Assembly (NCBI GenBank): GCA_963811305.1
Contig: CAWEQU010000003.1
Span: 130,688-194,687, forward strand
Reading direction: 5' to 3'
DNA: 64,000 nucleotides
Source of the DNA: an uncultured Chloroflexia bacterium
Lineage (GTDB): Bacteria > Chloroflexota > Chloroflexia > QHBQ01 > JADMIH01
Shown: one piece after another, positions 50,603-60,208 of the stretch
How positions within the stretch are numbered: the first letter of the stretch is position 1
How the letters are laid out: each line of letters starts with the position of its first letter
The notes under the pieces: generated by a model
What the model was told of the DNA's origin: nothing
Seen by the model: the letters and a program-made list of their open reading frames with translations, nothing else
The model's database searches: none
Program-made: the position numbers and the translations under genes

Positions 50603-51595
50603 TTACTTCTTGATCCGGGTTAATCTTCCCTGACCAGTATAATCGATTGCGCCACTCTCTATGCCCATGAGCAGTCCCGCGGCGAGGTCGATACCCGTAG
50701 TATTGCCAATTGAGAAGAGTCGAGTTGCCGACGAGACGAGGTCATCTATATTGCCGGAGAGAAGTACTGCGCCGAGGTCCATTGCGGGCGCATACAACAC
50801 CCCTTCACAGGCGTGCCACAAGAGGCGAGCACTGATGCGGTTAGTCCTCGATGAAGCAACCGCGCTGATCGCCTCGGTTAGCCGTTGGACAAGCTCCCCC
50901 GGGACGCAGCCTAAACGAGCCTGCCATACGAGAGCCGCTACCACACCAGCTACTAAATCGTCGCCGGAAGGGGTCAGGCCGGGACCCAGCCCTATGAGGG
51001 CAACTAGAGCGTTGGCAGTCTCCTCGTAATCGCCTCTAAGCATTGCATTATGAGCCTTGTTGAAGCTTCTTATGAAGCGAGATAACAAGGCGTCGGGAGG
51101 CACATCCTGTAGGGGCATGGCGTGCGTCGCTACGCTCCATGCCCCTACGAGTTGCGCGATAAATGGAGCGCAACCCTCTGATTTCCCTATATCTTCGATG
51201 AGTCGTGTCAAGGTGTGAGAGGCACGTAGTCGCTCGCTGGCGGAACCTACTTCACTAGGAAGCTGGGGCGACCAGCATGGAGTATCTGCCCACACTATTG
51301 GAGGTACGCCCTCTATGTAGAGCGCTTCCCGGGTAGCCTTGAATGTTACACCAGGGTGTGAGGTGAGCGCCGAGCGTAGGGGTGTCAGGTCTGCAACGCG
51401 AAGGGTGAGTGGGCCGTCGATCTCGCCGTCTACGATGCAGATGATGCGTCCATCGTCGCATTCCAGGTAGAGTGCGTTCCGCAGCAGAGCCAGCACGCGT
51501 CCAATGGCAGGCTCTGCTCTCACTTCAGCCGCCTCCGGTCCGAGGCAAAGAGGGTAAAGGAAATATGTAGATTCGGTGCGATACTCTATTGACAT
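50603..51595 (-). CDS. DUF2877-domain protein
   Basis: GLGPGLTPSGDDLVAGVV motif characteristic of DUF2877. Confidence 0.5.
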   Translation of the reverse strand: MSIEYRTESTYFLYPLCLGPEAAEVRAEPAIGRVLALLRNALYLECDDGRIICIVDGEIDGPLTLRVADLTPLRSALTSHPGVTFKATREALYIEGVPPIVWADTPCWSPQLPSEVGSASERLRASHTLTRLIEDIGKSEGCAPFIAQLVGAWSVATHAMPLQDVPPDALLSRFIRSFNKAHNAMLRGDYEETANALVALIGLGPGLTPSGDDLVAGVVAALVWQARLGCVPGELVQRLTEAISAVASSRTNRISARLLWHACEGVLYAPAMDLGAVLLSGNIDDLVSSATRLFSIGNTTGIDLAAGLLMGIESGAIDYTGQGRLTRIKK

Positions 51596-51687
51596 ATTAG
51601 AACAATTGTGCTATAATGGTCCTATCTTCGTTATACCTTACGTCCCACCTCACAAACCCCTATTCATACTGAGGAGGCAAATTTATC

Positions 51688-52077
51688 ATGGCTAATCGCT
51701 CTATCGTACACGTCGAATTTTCCACCAAGGACGCTCCATCTTCGGCCAGGTTCTACTCCGAGTTGTTCGGCTGGGAGATGCATGAGATGCCGGAGTTCAA
51801 CTATTGGACCTTTGCGACAGGTCCTGAACAGGGTGGCGGCTTCAACAACATAGGCGACAACGCGGGAGGCGGCTTCGAGGTCAAGCCGGGCACGGTAGTC
51901 AGCTACGTGACGTCTGAAGATATAGATGCCGACCTTGCCAAAGCCAAGTCGCTTGGTGGGACAACCAAATCGCCTAAGATGGAGATACCTGGCATCGGCT
52001 GGTATGGTGTTTTCGAGGATCCATCAGGAAATCTGGTTGGTTTATACACAGGTATGCCCAGGCCCGCCGAGGCTTAG
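51688..52077 (+). CDS. VOC-family (glyoxalase/bleomycin-resistance fold) protein
   Basis: Single VOC-domain pattern (VHVEFST…FYSELFGWE…GNLVGLY). Confidence 0.65.
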   Translation: MANRSIVHVEFSTKDAPSSARFYSELFGWEMHEMPEFNYWTFATGPEQGGGFNNIGDNAGGGFEVKPGTVVSYVTSEDIDADLAKAKSLGGTTKSPKMEIPGIGWYGVFEDPSGNLVGLYTGMPRPAEA

Positions 52078-52126
52078 TGCTGCTCAAGCCCCACCCCTGA
52101 CCCCTCTCCACTGGGGAGGGGAGTAT

Positions 52127-52183
52127 GAAAAGCATAAAAAGTAGGTTTCGGCGAAGCCGAAACCTACTTTTTATGCTTTTCAT
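52127..52183. terminator. Long perfect palindrome between convergent genes (bidirectional terminator-like)
   Basis: gaaaagcataaaaagtaggtttcggcgaagccgaaacctactttttatgcttttc. Confidence 0.6.
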
Positions 52184-52237
52184 AGATTAATAATTCAGCA
52201 CCATGCTTGTTGACAATTCTGGAAGTCTCATGTTTCA

Positions 52238-53701
52238 TTAGCGTATTGTGATGGCCTTGCCCCAAAGGTCGTACTCGGTGCTCTCGGTGACGCGCACTTT
52301 GACCACATCGCCTTGTTTTAGCTCAGTCTCTTTGGGCGGCTTGATGAAGACCATGCCGTCCACTTCGGGGGCCTGGCGGTAGGTGCGGCCCACGTAGATG
52401 GGGACCTGGCGGCCCTTGCCGTCCTCCAGGGTGCCCGTGCCGTCTACCAGCGCCTCAACCGTTTGCCCGACCATGCGGCGGTTCTTCTGGGAGCTGATCT
52501 TCTGCTGGCGAAGCATGGCCTCGCGGTAGCGCTTCATCTTCACCTTCTCAGGCACTTGTCCTGGCATGTCGCCTGCGGGCGTGCCCTTCTCAGGCGAGTA
52601 AGTGAACATCCCGACGTTATCGAAGCGCACTTCTTCTATGAATTCGAGTAGCGTCTTGAACTCTGCGTCGGTCTCACCAGGGAAGCCGACTATGAAGGTG
52701 GTACGTAGAGCGATGTCGGGCATGGCCTCGCGGAAGCTCTCTATGAGGCGGCGGTATCGCTCCACGTCGTTGGGGCGCTTCATGCGCTTCAGCACGTCGG
52801 GGTGCCCATGCTGAAGGGGCATGTCTATGTACTTGGCTACCTGTGGGTGGCGGGCCATCGCCTCTATGAGGCCGGGCGTCACCTGGGTCGGGTATGCGTA
52901 CATGAGACGCACCCACATTACGCCTGGGGCGGCCTCGGCTATGGCGTCAAGCAGGCGAGCCAGCCCGTCGCGCATCCCCAGGTCGATGCCGTAGTAGGTG
53001 CTATCCTGGGCTATCAGCACTACCTCTTTGACGCCCTGCTCGGCCAGGTCAGCGACTTCGTGGGCTATTTCATCGATGGGGCGCGAGACGTGCTTGCCAC
53101 GTATGGCGGGGATGATGCAGAAGGCGCACTTGTGGTCGCACCCCTCGGAGATTTTGACGTACGCGCTAGGCCCGTTGGCTTTGCGGCGGAATCGCTTCAA
53201 CTGAGAGGTAATCTGCACAGGCGCGATGGGCGCCCAGGCGATTCCTGTGATGCCAGTGCTGGGGACGGACGATGGACGATGGACGATGGACGATGGAGAA
53301 GTGAGAACTGAGACAGAAGTGCCGTTTGATTCCTGACCCCTGACCCCTGATCCCTGATCCCTTAACTTCTCAACGTACTGCGCTATCTCCGGCCATGCAC
53401 GGGTGGAGATTACGCCGTCCACACCGGGCACCCAGCCTGGCACGTCGGGAGCGTAACGCTCGCTCATGCAGCCTGCGGAGATGAGTATCTGGCCGTCGCG
53501 CTTCTTCTCGGCCAGGGCGCGCAGCTCCCCTACCAACTCATCTACGGCGGATTGGAGGAAGGCGCAAGTATTGACTATGAGCACGTCGGAGTCGGCGGGG
53601 TTGGCGCTCTGCTCGTATCCCGCCTCGGTGAGCATCGCGCCCATGCCCTCGCTATCAACGTTATTCTTTTCGCAACCCAGGGTGGTGATGTTGAATTTCA
53701 T
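52238..53701 (-). CDS. rimO: Ribosomal protein S12 methylthiotransferase RimO, carrying a ~45-aa in-frame linker insertion made of word-array DNA
   Basis: MTTase N-domain, radical-SAM CDHKCAFCIIP, TRAM C-terminus. Between the first two domains lies …DQGSGVRGQESNGTSVSVLTSPSSIVHRPSSVPST…, encoded by (GGGATCA/GGGGTCA)n plus (GGACGAT)n at 53262-53364. Confidence 0.8.
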   Translation of the reverse strand: MKFNITTLGCEKNNVDSEGMGAMLTEAGYEQSANPADSDVLIVNTCAFLQSAVDELVGELRALAEKKRDGQILISAGCMSERYAPDVPGWVPGVDGVISTRAWPEIAQYVEKLRDQGSGVRGQESNGTSVSVLTSPSSIVHRPSSVPSTGITGIAWAPIAPVQITSQLKRFRRKANGPSAYVKISEGCDHKCAFCIIPAIRGKHVSRPIDEIAHEVADLAEQGVKEVVLIAQDSTYYGIDLGMRDGLARLLDAIAEAAPGVMWVRLMYAYPTQVTPGLIEAMARHPQVAKYIDMPLQHGHPDVLKRMKRPNDVERYRRLIESFREAMPDIALRTTFIVGFPGETDAEFKTLLEFIEEVRFDNVGMFTYSPEKGTPAGDMPGQVPEKVKMKRYREAMLRQQKISSQKNRRMVGQTVEALVDGTGTLEDGKGRQVPIYVGRTYRQAPEVDGMVFIKPPKETELKQGDVVKVRVTESTEYDLWGKAITIR

Positions 53702-53705
53702 GCTT

Positions 53706-53780
53706 TAAGAAGTTAGAAGTTAGAGATTAGAAGCTAGAAGCTGATGATCAGATTTCTAACTTCTAACTTCTGATTTCTAC
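53706..53780. repeat. Inverted AGAAGTT/AACTTCT word arrays (hairpin) between yajQ and rimO
   Basis: agaagttagaagttagagattagaagctagaagctgatgatcagatttctaacttctaacttctgatttctac. Confidence 0.85.
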
Positions 53781-54274
53781 CTGTAATTTGTGAATTGCAG
53801 CGCCACAGGCAAATCATCGGCCTTGCCGCGCAGGTGTTGGATTACGCGCTGGAGGTCGTCTTTACTCTTGGCGGTGATACGCAGGGCGTCTCCCTGGATT
53901 TGGGACTGCACCTTTGGGAAGTTAGACTTGATATCTTTGACGAGGCTCTTGGCTATCTCCTCACTGAGGCCCTTTTGCAAGTCTACGATCTGGCGGATGC
54001 GGTCACCTGAGGCAGACTCGGCCTTGCCGAACTTGAATATCTTTAGCGACAGACTGCGCTTGACCGCCTTGCTCTGGAGGATGTCCTTGATGGCGGTCAG
54101 GTGGTATTCAGAGTCTGTACTGATGGTGATCTTCTTATCTTCGAGATCAATGTCGGTCTTGCTGTCCTTGAGGTCGTAACGGGTACGCACCTCCCGCAGG
54201 GTCTGGTCCACCACGTTGACCACTTCCTGCTTATCAAAGTCGCTCACTACGTCAAATGAAAATGTATCTGCCAT
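53777..54274 (-). CDS. yajQ: YajQ-family (UPF0234) nucleotide/c-di-GMP-binding protein
   Basis: [18 protein letters not shown]…LQFTNYR matches YajQ end-to-end. Confidence 0.75.
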   Translation of the reverse strand: MADTFSFDVVSDFDKQEVVNVVDQTLREVRTRYDLKDSKTDIDLEDKKITISTDSEYHLTAIKDILQSKAVKRSLSLKIFKFGKAESASGDRIRQIVDLQKGLSEEIAKSLVKDIKSNFPKVQSQIQGDALRITAKSKDDLQRVIQHLRGKADDLPVALQFTNYR

Positions 54275-54295
54275 CTCTTCTCCCGATTGAAATTA

Positions 54296-54375
54296 TGAAG
54301 GAAAAGGGAAAAAGGATAAATTACAACCATAAATGTATTTGCATTTATCCTTTATCCCTTTTCCTTTTTCCTTTA
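54296..54375. repeat. Inverted AAAGGGA/AAAAGGA word arrays (hairpin)
   Basis: gaaggaaaagggaaaaaggataaat…atttatcctttatcccttttcctttttcctt. Confidence 0.8.
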
Positions 54376-55294
54376 CTTGATGATTGTCTCTTCTCCTGCG
54401 ACGTTCCACTCTTTTTCCAGGATGAGGTCCTTACCGTCGCCCAACATTAAACCCCTGTCTTCACCGTTCACGGTGAGTTTTACGACATCTGCGCGGCCCG
54501 TTCGTATGCGGACGGTGCTGTCGCCGGTCCACTGCCTGGTAGTGCCCTGGGCGAGGGTGCCTTCGTATGTCTTCACGCCGTCTACCGTCACACGCATCCA
54601 GACGTCCCTTACGGCTGTAACCTTGACGGTTGCCTTGCCAGAAATTGCAGTTTCGCCAGTCAGGACTCGCCCCGGCTTCGGGTGTAGAGCCAGGCGATAG
54701 GGGCGTACCTTCCACCACAGGCACCTGAGTGGTAGTGATCGGGTTCGTGGTGATAACAATGGTTGGTGGTGCGGCTGTGAAGGCGCTCATGGGCAGAGGG
54801 GTCACGGTAGCGAGTGCTGGGCCGGTTGTGGGTAGTGGAATGACGGCGCTACGATTGCCGAACGCGCCGCTGTAGATAAAGTAAAAAACGATAATCAGGG
54901 GTATCGCTAGCAGAGATATAGCTACGTATTGCGTGCCATATCGCACGCGAGTGTCTATCTTCTCAGGGCTGAGGGGCGCGATGCTTATCCTTTCGGGGTC
55001 TTTTGCGCCCTTCAGCTTGGGCATAGGCTCGCCCCGCGCCGTTCTGATCTTGGTGCGTGTAGGCGTGCTCTGGCTGTTATATAACTCGAGAGTCTCGTCG
55101 GGGTCTACTCCCAGGTAGAGAGCATAATTTCGAAGGAAGCCGCGCACATACAGCGGACCTGGAAGCGCCGCTATGTTATCGTCCTCAAGTGCGGCCAGGT
55201 ATTTCTGGCGTATTTTGGTCTCGCGCTCGGCATCGGCAAGGGTAAGCCCTCGCCTCTCGCGCACCTCGCGCAGCATTTCACCTACTGTTGACAA
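54373..55294 (-). CDS. rodZ: Cytoskeleton protein RodZ (XRE HTH, TM, DUF4115); apparent frameshift near 54700
   Basis: N-terminal HTH (LREVRERRGLTLADAERETKIRQKYLAALE), a TM segment, and the C-terminal DUF4115-like beta domain in the adjacent frame (VKVTAVRDVWMRVTVDG…). Confidence 0.65.
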
Positions 55295-55617
55295 ATGGGT
55301 CCCTCGTTACTGGCTACCAGACGTCAGCTATCAATTGGCTGACGCTTGCCTACTCCCGACCTTCCATTATACACAAGTGAGTTGCAAAGGGGCAAATTGC
55401 TTGGGACGATGGACGACAGAGAAGCGGGCTGCTATTTCCCTGGCTCTCTTGCTGATTGGAAAGAGCAAAAGCGCACCTCACATCTTACGAAGGTCTATGT
55501 GAGGTGCGCTTTTGCCACAATCCAAACACTAATGGTTCTCCGTTAATTGGAACAGGGAAGATAGGGTGGACAACACCTTATCTTCCCTGTTCTATCTCGC
55601 CCATGCTAATTTTGCTA

Positions 55618-56535
55618 CTAGGGGCCTGGGCTAGCTGTTCCGCTAGGTACAGCTGTACCTACTCTTGTGCTCGCTGCTGTTGTGCTCGTCAGGACCGTAG
55701 GGACCGCACGAGATGGGGTTGCAGGCACACTGGGCGCACTCGTGGGCAATGGCGCAGGTGTAAAGGTTGGTGTAGGCGGCACAGGAGTGTCGGTCGGTGG
55801 CGGTGGTGGGATGCTACGCTTGATAATGGTCAGCCTTTGGACGATGGTGCTGCTGGCGAGGTCTTGCCCTTTGTTGTTGGGCTTGGGGCGTATTTCCACC
55901 GAGATGGGGTAACCAAGTCCAGGCTCGAACGTAGAGATATAATCAACCCGCTGCTCCAACGCGCTGCCGAACCCCTCGGAGGTCAGCCGGGCCTCAATCG
56001 AGGCGAACATGCCATCCACCGTCATGAACTTCAACGCCTCTCCAACCATGAAATCAGGCGGCGTTGTAGGGGTAATAACGTTGGGCGCCGAGTAGCTAAC
56101 CACATCTATCTGGGCGCCGTTTACGTGGAGGGTCCAAGTTCCTCCAAACTGAGCGGGGGAGTTGTTCTGCACCACCACTTCATACTCGATCACGTACTGT
56201 GCGCGCCACTTCGCAAGACCTTCATCGTACTTCGCGCGCGCTTCCGCCGCGTCTTTCCTCACGAGAGTGGTAGGCTGCGGCCCCGGCAGGCTGACAAAAG
56301 TAGGCTGGGGCGTCTCGGTGGGCGTGCTGGTCGGCGTGGATGTGCTGGTAGCCGTAGGTGTACTGGTAGCCGTTGCAGTAGGGGTGGGCGTGCCGGGAGG
56401 TGTGGGAGATGCCACCGTCGTGGGCGTGGATGGGATGCGGGTGGGCGTGGGCTTCTCGTCGGAGTCGCACGCGCTTATAAAGAAGATGGCGGATAGAGAG
56501 ATGAGGAAGATGAGGCAGAGACGCATGACCTTCAT
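55618..56535 (-). CDS. Lipoprotein with Pro/Thr-rich linkers (function unknown)
   Basis: Signal peptide with lipobox LSAIFFISAC. PT-rich low-complexity segments flank a globular domain. Confidence 0.55.
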   Translation of the reverse strand: MKVMRLCLIFLISLSAIFFISACDSDEKPTPTRIPSTPTTVASPTPPGTPTPTATATSTPTATSTSTPTSTPTETPQPTFVSLPGPQPTTLVRKDAAEARAKYDEGLAKWRAQYVIEYEVVVQNNSPAQFGGTWTLHVNGAQIDVVSYSAPNVITPTTPPDFMVGEALKFMTVDGMFASIEARLTSEGFGSALEQRVDYISTFEPGLGYPISVEIRPKPNNKGQDLASSTIVQRLTIIKRSIPPPPPTDTPVPPTPTFTPAPLPTSAPSVPATPSRAVPTVLTSTTAASTRVGTAVPSGTASPGP

Positions 56536-56634
56536 ACAGTATGTTCCTTAGAGCGTTTTAGGGAACTGGTTTAGCCGGGTATGAAGGTATTATAGGTGAA
56601 CTCGATTTCTTGAGTATAGTTATCCCCTCTATCC

Positions 56635-56964
56635 TCACTTCGCCATGCCCCCACTCGCCGCCACTTCACGTGCCTCCGTACTTGCTCCATCCTCCGGCCT
56701 GTGCCGCATATCCTGGTCGAGGAGCATCATGGGGAAGCCGCGCTCTATTGGGTAGACGCGGTTGCAGCCGTTGCACTTCACGGCATCGCGCAGCATCTTT
56801 ATGTCGCTTCCGCAGGCAGGGCAGGCCAGTATAGTTTCGAGGTTGAGCTTGCGAGCGGGAGTACGCTTCTGGCGGCGCAGCCTGGTTACCAGCTTCTTGG
56901 CGGGCCTGGGCAGGAACTCATCGGCGACTGTTATAGCGGTGCGTTTTACTGATGTAACAGGCAA
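56635..56964 (-). CDS. Trm112-like zinc-ribbon protein (methyltransferase activator family)
   Basis: LACPACGSD…CNGCNRVYPIERGFPMML is the Trm112p/YcaR motif. Overlaps the 3' end of the methyltransferase gene. Confidence 0.6.
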   Translation of the reverse strand: MPVTSVKRTAITVADEFLPRPAKKLVTRLRRQKRTPARKLNLETILACPACGSDIKMLRDAVKCNGCNRVYPIERGFPMMLLDQDMRHRPEDGASTEAREVAASGGMAK

Positions 56965-57539
56965 CTCTCTGGCACGGCCATGCGCTTGAGGACGCGGGGG
57001 TCGTCCAGGTTGAGGGGCGAGCTATCGCGCATCTCTATGTTGATGTGGCCTTCCCACTCGTATTCCATCCAGAAGAGGTCGGGCACCGAGCGGTGGAAGC
57101 GTGCGAACCAGGGGTTGTACTCGTAGAAATAGTCGAAGAGATCCCCGAAGATGTTGGGCACGTTCACCTTGGGGTGCAGGACCAGCTTGTCGCCCAGCTT
57201 GTTGACGTACCACTTGTGGAACGACCAGTAAAACATGTGCTCGGCAAGCTCGGTGGGCGACGCGATGAACCCGCGCCTGGAGACGCGCTCAAGCTCCGAG
57301 CAGAAGCGCTGGGGGTCGTCCATGTGCTCGATGATATGTGAGGCGATAACGTAGTCGAACGCCTTGTCTTTGAAGGGGAGGTTATGGCCGTCAGCGACGA
57401 TAAGTGGGCGGTCAACCTGGATGGCCCCGCCACGCTCGGTGTCGTCTTCGATGTAGCGGTCGCACAGCACGTCGCTACGCGGGTTGGGGCTGTGCCCGCT
57501 CCCCACGTCCAGCACAAGGTCGTCAGGACCTATCTTCAA
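56946..57539 (-). CDS. Class I SAM-dependent methyltransferase
   Basis: Motif I VLDVGSGHSP and post-I acidic residue. Adjacent Trm112-like partner. Confidence 0.65.
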   Translation of the reverse strand: MKIGPDDLVLDVGSGHSPNPRSDVLCDRYIEDDTERGGAIQVDRPLIVADGHNLPFKDKAFDYVIASHIIEHMDDPQRFCSELERVSRRGFIASPTELAEHMFYWSFHKWYVNKLGDKLVLHPKVNVPNIFGDLFDYFYEYNPWFARFHRSVPDLFWMEYEWEGHINIEMRDSSPLNLDDPRVLKRMAVPESCLLHQ

Positions 57540-57617
57540 TGAGAATACTCCTCTGAGGGAAATTGCATCTAACCGAAGGATGATAGCACCTGCGGTCTGG
57601 GAGTGTCAACTTGCTAT

Positions 57618-57773
57618 GGACGATAGACGATAGACGATAGACGATAGACGATAGACGATAGACGATAGACGATAGACGATAGAGGATGGAATGCATACTT
57701 CCCTAAAATAATCTCTGCGTCTCTGCGGTGAATTTACTTTCTGTCGTCCATCGTCCGTCGTCTATGATATAAT
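57618..57773. repeat. (GACGATA)x10 array plus conserved ~80-bp composite element (copy 2)
   Basis: gcatacttccctaaaataatctctgcgtctctgcggtgaatttactttctgtcgtccatcgtccgtcgtc matches 7400-7476. Confidence 0.85.
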
Positions 57774-57801
57774 ATCCTCCACACGTGGAAAGGACCTGAA
57801 C

Positions 57802-58053
57802 ATGCCTGTAGAGCCGATGGATATACGCATCGGGGATGTGTATACCTTGAGGAAACCGCACCCTTGCGGGAGCTATGATTGGCGCGTGGTGCGCGTGGGA
57901 GGCGACATCGGTATGCGCTGTGTCAAGTGCGACCACAAAGTGCTCCTCCCGCGCTCGGAGTTCGAGCGTCGGAGTCAAGAAATTGGTGGAGCGTACAGAG
58001 ACCGAAAATGCGATATAATTCATATTACGTATTGCGTGATGCGTGATGCGTGA
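57802..58053 (+). CDS. DUF951-family small protein
   Basis: IRIGDVYTLRKPHPCGSYDWRVVRVGGDIGMRCVKCDHKVLLPRSEFERR fits the DUF951 Zn-ribbon-like pattern. The tail is encoded by the (TGCGTGA)n array. Confidence 0.55.
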   Translation: MPVEPMDIRIGDVYTLRKPHPCGSYDWRVVRVGGDIGMRCVKCDHKVLLPRSEFERRSQEIGGAYRDRKCDIIHITYCVMRDA

Positions 58054-58110
58054 TGCGTAATAGCCTGTAAGCAATCAGATGCCCTACGAACTATTTCAAT
58101 ACGAGTATTT

Positions 58111-59655
58111 ATGATCAAAGAAGAACAAGTCACAAGCGGCCACGAGCATCAGCATCAGAAGGTCAAGGCTGAAGAGACGCCGACGATGCGCGACGTGCTC
58201 AAGAACCGCAACTTCCTGAAACTGTGGCTGGCGCAAATAGTGTCGCAGACGGCGCAGCAGATCGTCAATTTCGCGCTGGTGCAGCACGGTCTTCCAGCTG
58301 ACCGGGTCGAGCACGGCAGTAGGGGGCGTGATTATCGCCTTCACCGTGCCGGGCATCCTATTCGCGGCTATCGCGGGGGTGTTTGTCGAGCGCAACTCCA
58401 AGCGCACCATGCTGATAGCTACGAATATAGCTCGCGGCATATTGGTGCTTGCCTACATATTCACCGACAAGAGCTGGGGAGCTGGGGCCGTGCTCCCACT
58501 GATATATACTGTGACGCTTTTGTTTTCGGCAGTGAGCCAGTTCTTCAGTCCGGCTGAAGCGTCGATGATACCGATCGTTGTAAAAAAAGAGGAGCTGGTG
58601 GCGGCCAATTCACTCTTCAATCTCACACTGACGGGCACGGCCCTGGGTGGATTTGTAATATTGGGGCCATTGCTCATCGCTACAATATTCAGTGGGCAGA
58701 ACTTCTCGGGCATGTACATGATTCATCTGTGTATTGTGCCTGGCGGCTGCTATGGTAACTTACTTTCTACCCAAAGATAAGCCCATTGAGACAATGGGAG
58801 AGCTACTACGTGGTAGGGACGGTACTGCAACGCCCACGACCAGGTGGCGGATGCTCAAGAGCGGCATAGATACCGCGTGGGGAGAACTGGTCGAAGGGTG
58901 GTCCTTTCATACGCAAGGACCGCATTATAGGGAGTGCAATCATCTACTGGTCCATCGCCATCGCAGTATTCATGATGCTTGGCACCATCGGGCCGGGCTT
59001 CCTCGTGCGGATGTTGGGCATAAACCCCGAGCAGCTTGTCTATGTTCTCTTGCCTGGCGGCATCGGCCTGGTGATAGGGGTAATATTGGTAGGGCGTATA
59101 TCTACCGAGGCAAATCGTGAGGACCTGATAAACCGCAGCCTGCTGGCGGCCGGCGTAACCCTGGTAATATTCGCGCTTATACAGCCTGTCAGTAGCTGGC
59201 TTTTAGGGGTTGTACAGGTCACTCCGCCCGCATGGCTAATGCTGGTGCTTATGGGTGGGTTGACCCTGGTGCTCGGTGGCTTCAATAGCGCCATATCTGT
59301 GCTGGCGCAGACGGCGTTACAGGAGCGCTCGCCCGAAGAGATACGTGCACGCGTCTTCAGCGCCTTTTATACGGTGTCTAACGCTATATTGCTCGTGCCC
59401 GTATTCTTCGCAGGCGCGCTGGCCAACTCTCTTGGGTACGTGCAGACAGTGACGGCAATAGGCGTGGTGGTGGCGCTAATCGCGGGCTTCGGCTTCTATC
59501 GCATGAAGCATCGCACCGCTCCTGAGACCCGGCCCCTCTCCATAGGCGGCGTTACCCCTGAAGAGGCCGAAGCAGCGCTCATGGTAGGCTCCCCTGCCCC
59601 TCGCCCCCTCACGGCAGCCACAGAACAGCAGGGGCATCACGCTACGCAAGAATAG
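58111..59655 (+). CDS. MFS transporter (DHA3/EntS-like), reading frame broken by several apparent frameshifts
   Basis: MFS TM segments are spread over ORFs 58111-58557, 58328-58780, 58734-59120 and 58972-59655 in different frames. Confidence 0.5.
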
Positions 59656-59727
59656 CAGGCGAGATTATCTCTTGCGCTTCACCATAAGATTTGGGAACGC
59701 GGCCTCTAGCATTGGGTCGCGTTCCAT

Positions 59728-60081
59728 CTATTCGAGGTAGCCTCTTTCCCTACCCCACATGAGCCACGCCTTTGCTGCACCTTCAACACTATCCTCGGGT
59801 TGAGCAGGGTTTTCACCAGTGATAGCGTTAAGTGCCCAAAACCAGTGGTCAGGCTCTTGTCCCAGCTTGCGCAAAATTAGGGGGACCACCTGCCGCCCCA
59901 TACCTATGATCCTCTGGTAGGAAGGATGAACGCACATATCATCCAGCGATGACATGAAGAAGGTCTCGCTCTTCCATTTTTCGGCATGGCTCTGAAACTC
60001 CTTTTCCAATTCGGAAGGGGTATATAGAAAGAGTTCTGCCTCGCCTATAGAGATACCTTTTACTCTTGTTACGGCTTGCAT
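59728..60081 (-). CDS. Hypothetical protein
   Basis: ORF only. No recognisable motif. Relatively AT-rich. Confidence 0.3.
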   Translation of the reverse strand: MQAVTRVKGISIGEAELFLYTPSELEKEFQSHAEKWKSETFFMSSLDDMCVHPSYQRIIGMGRQVVPLILRKLGQEPDHWFWALNAITGENPAQPEDSVEGAAKAWLMWGRERGYLE

Positions 60082-60208
60082 ATCTGTATTGTAACATATC
60101 ATTCTATAGTGCTAGAGCCCTAATCTAGGCTGTTATTCTAATCCAGCCTGTTATGATATAACTAGGGTATATTTCAGTCAAACCTGAGAGACTCACCGAG
60201 GAGTTTTC

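Noticed and set aside
55456-56496. Plus-strand 346-aa Arg/Gly/Cys-rich ORF
   Set aside because: Antisense of the PT-rich lipoprotein gene (55618-56535), which has a clear lipobox signal peptide.
6219-57690. Tandem word arrays considered as CRISPR arrays
   Set aside because: Units are 7 nt with no unique spacers, arrays are 20-90 bp, and they occur as inverted pairs and inside ORFs. Nothing resembles 25-40-nt repeats separated by spacers, and no cas genes are present.
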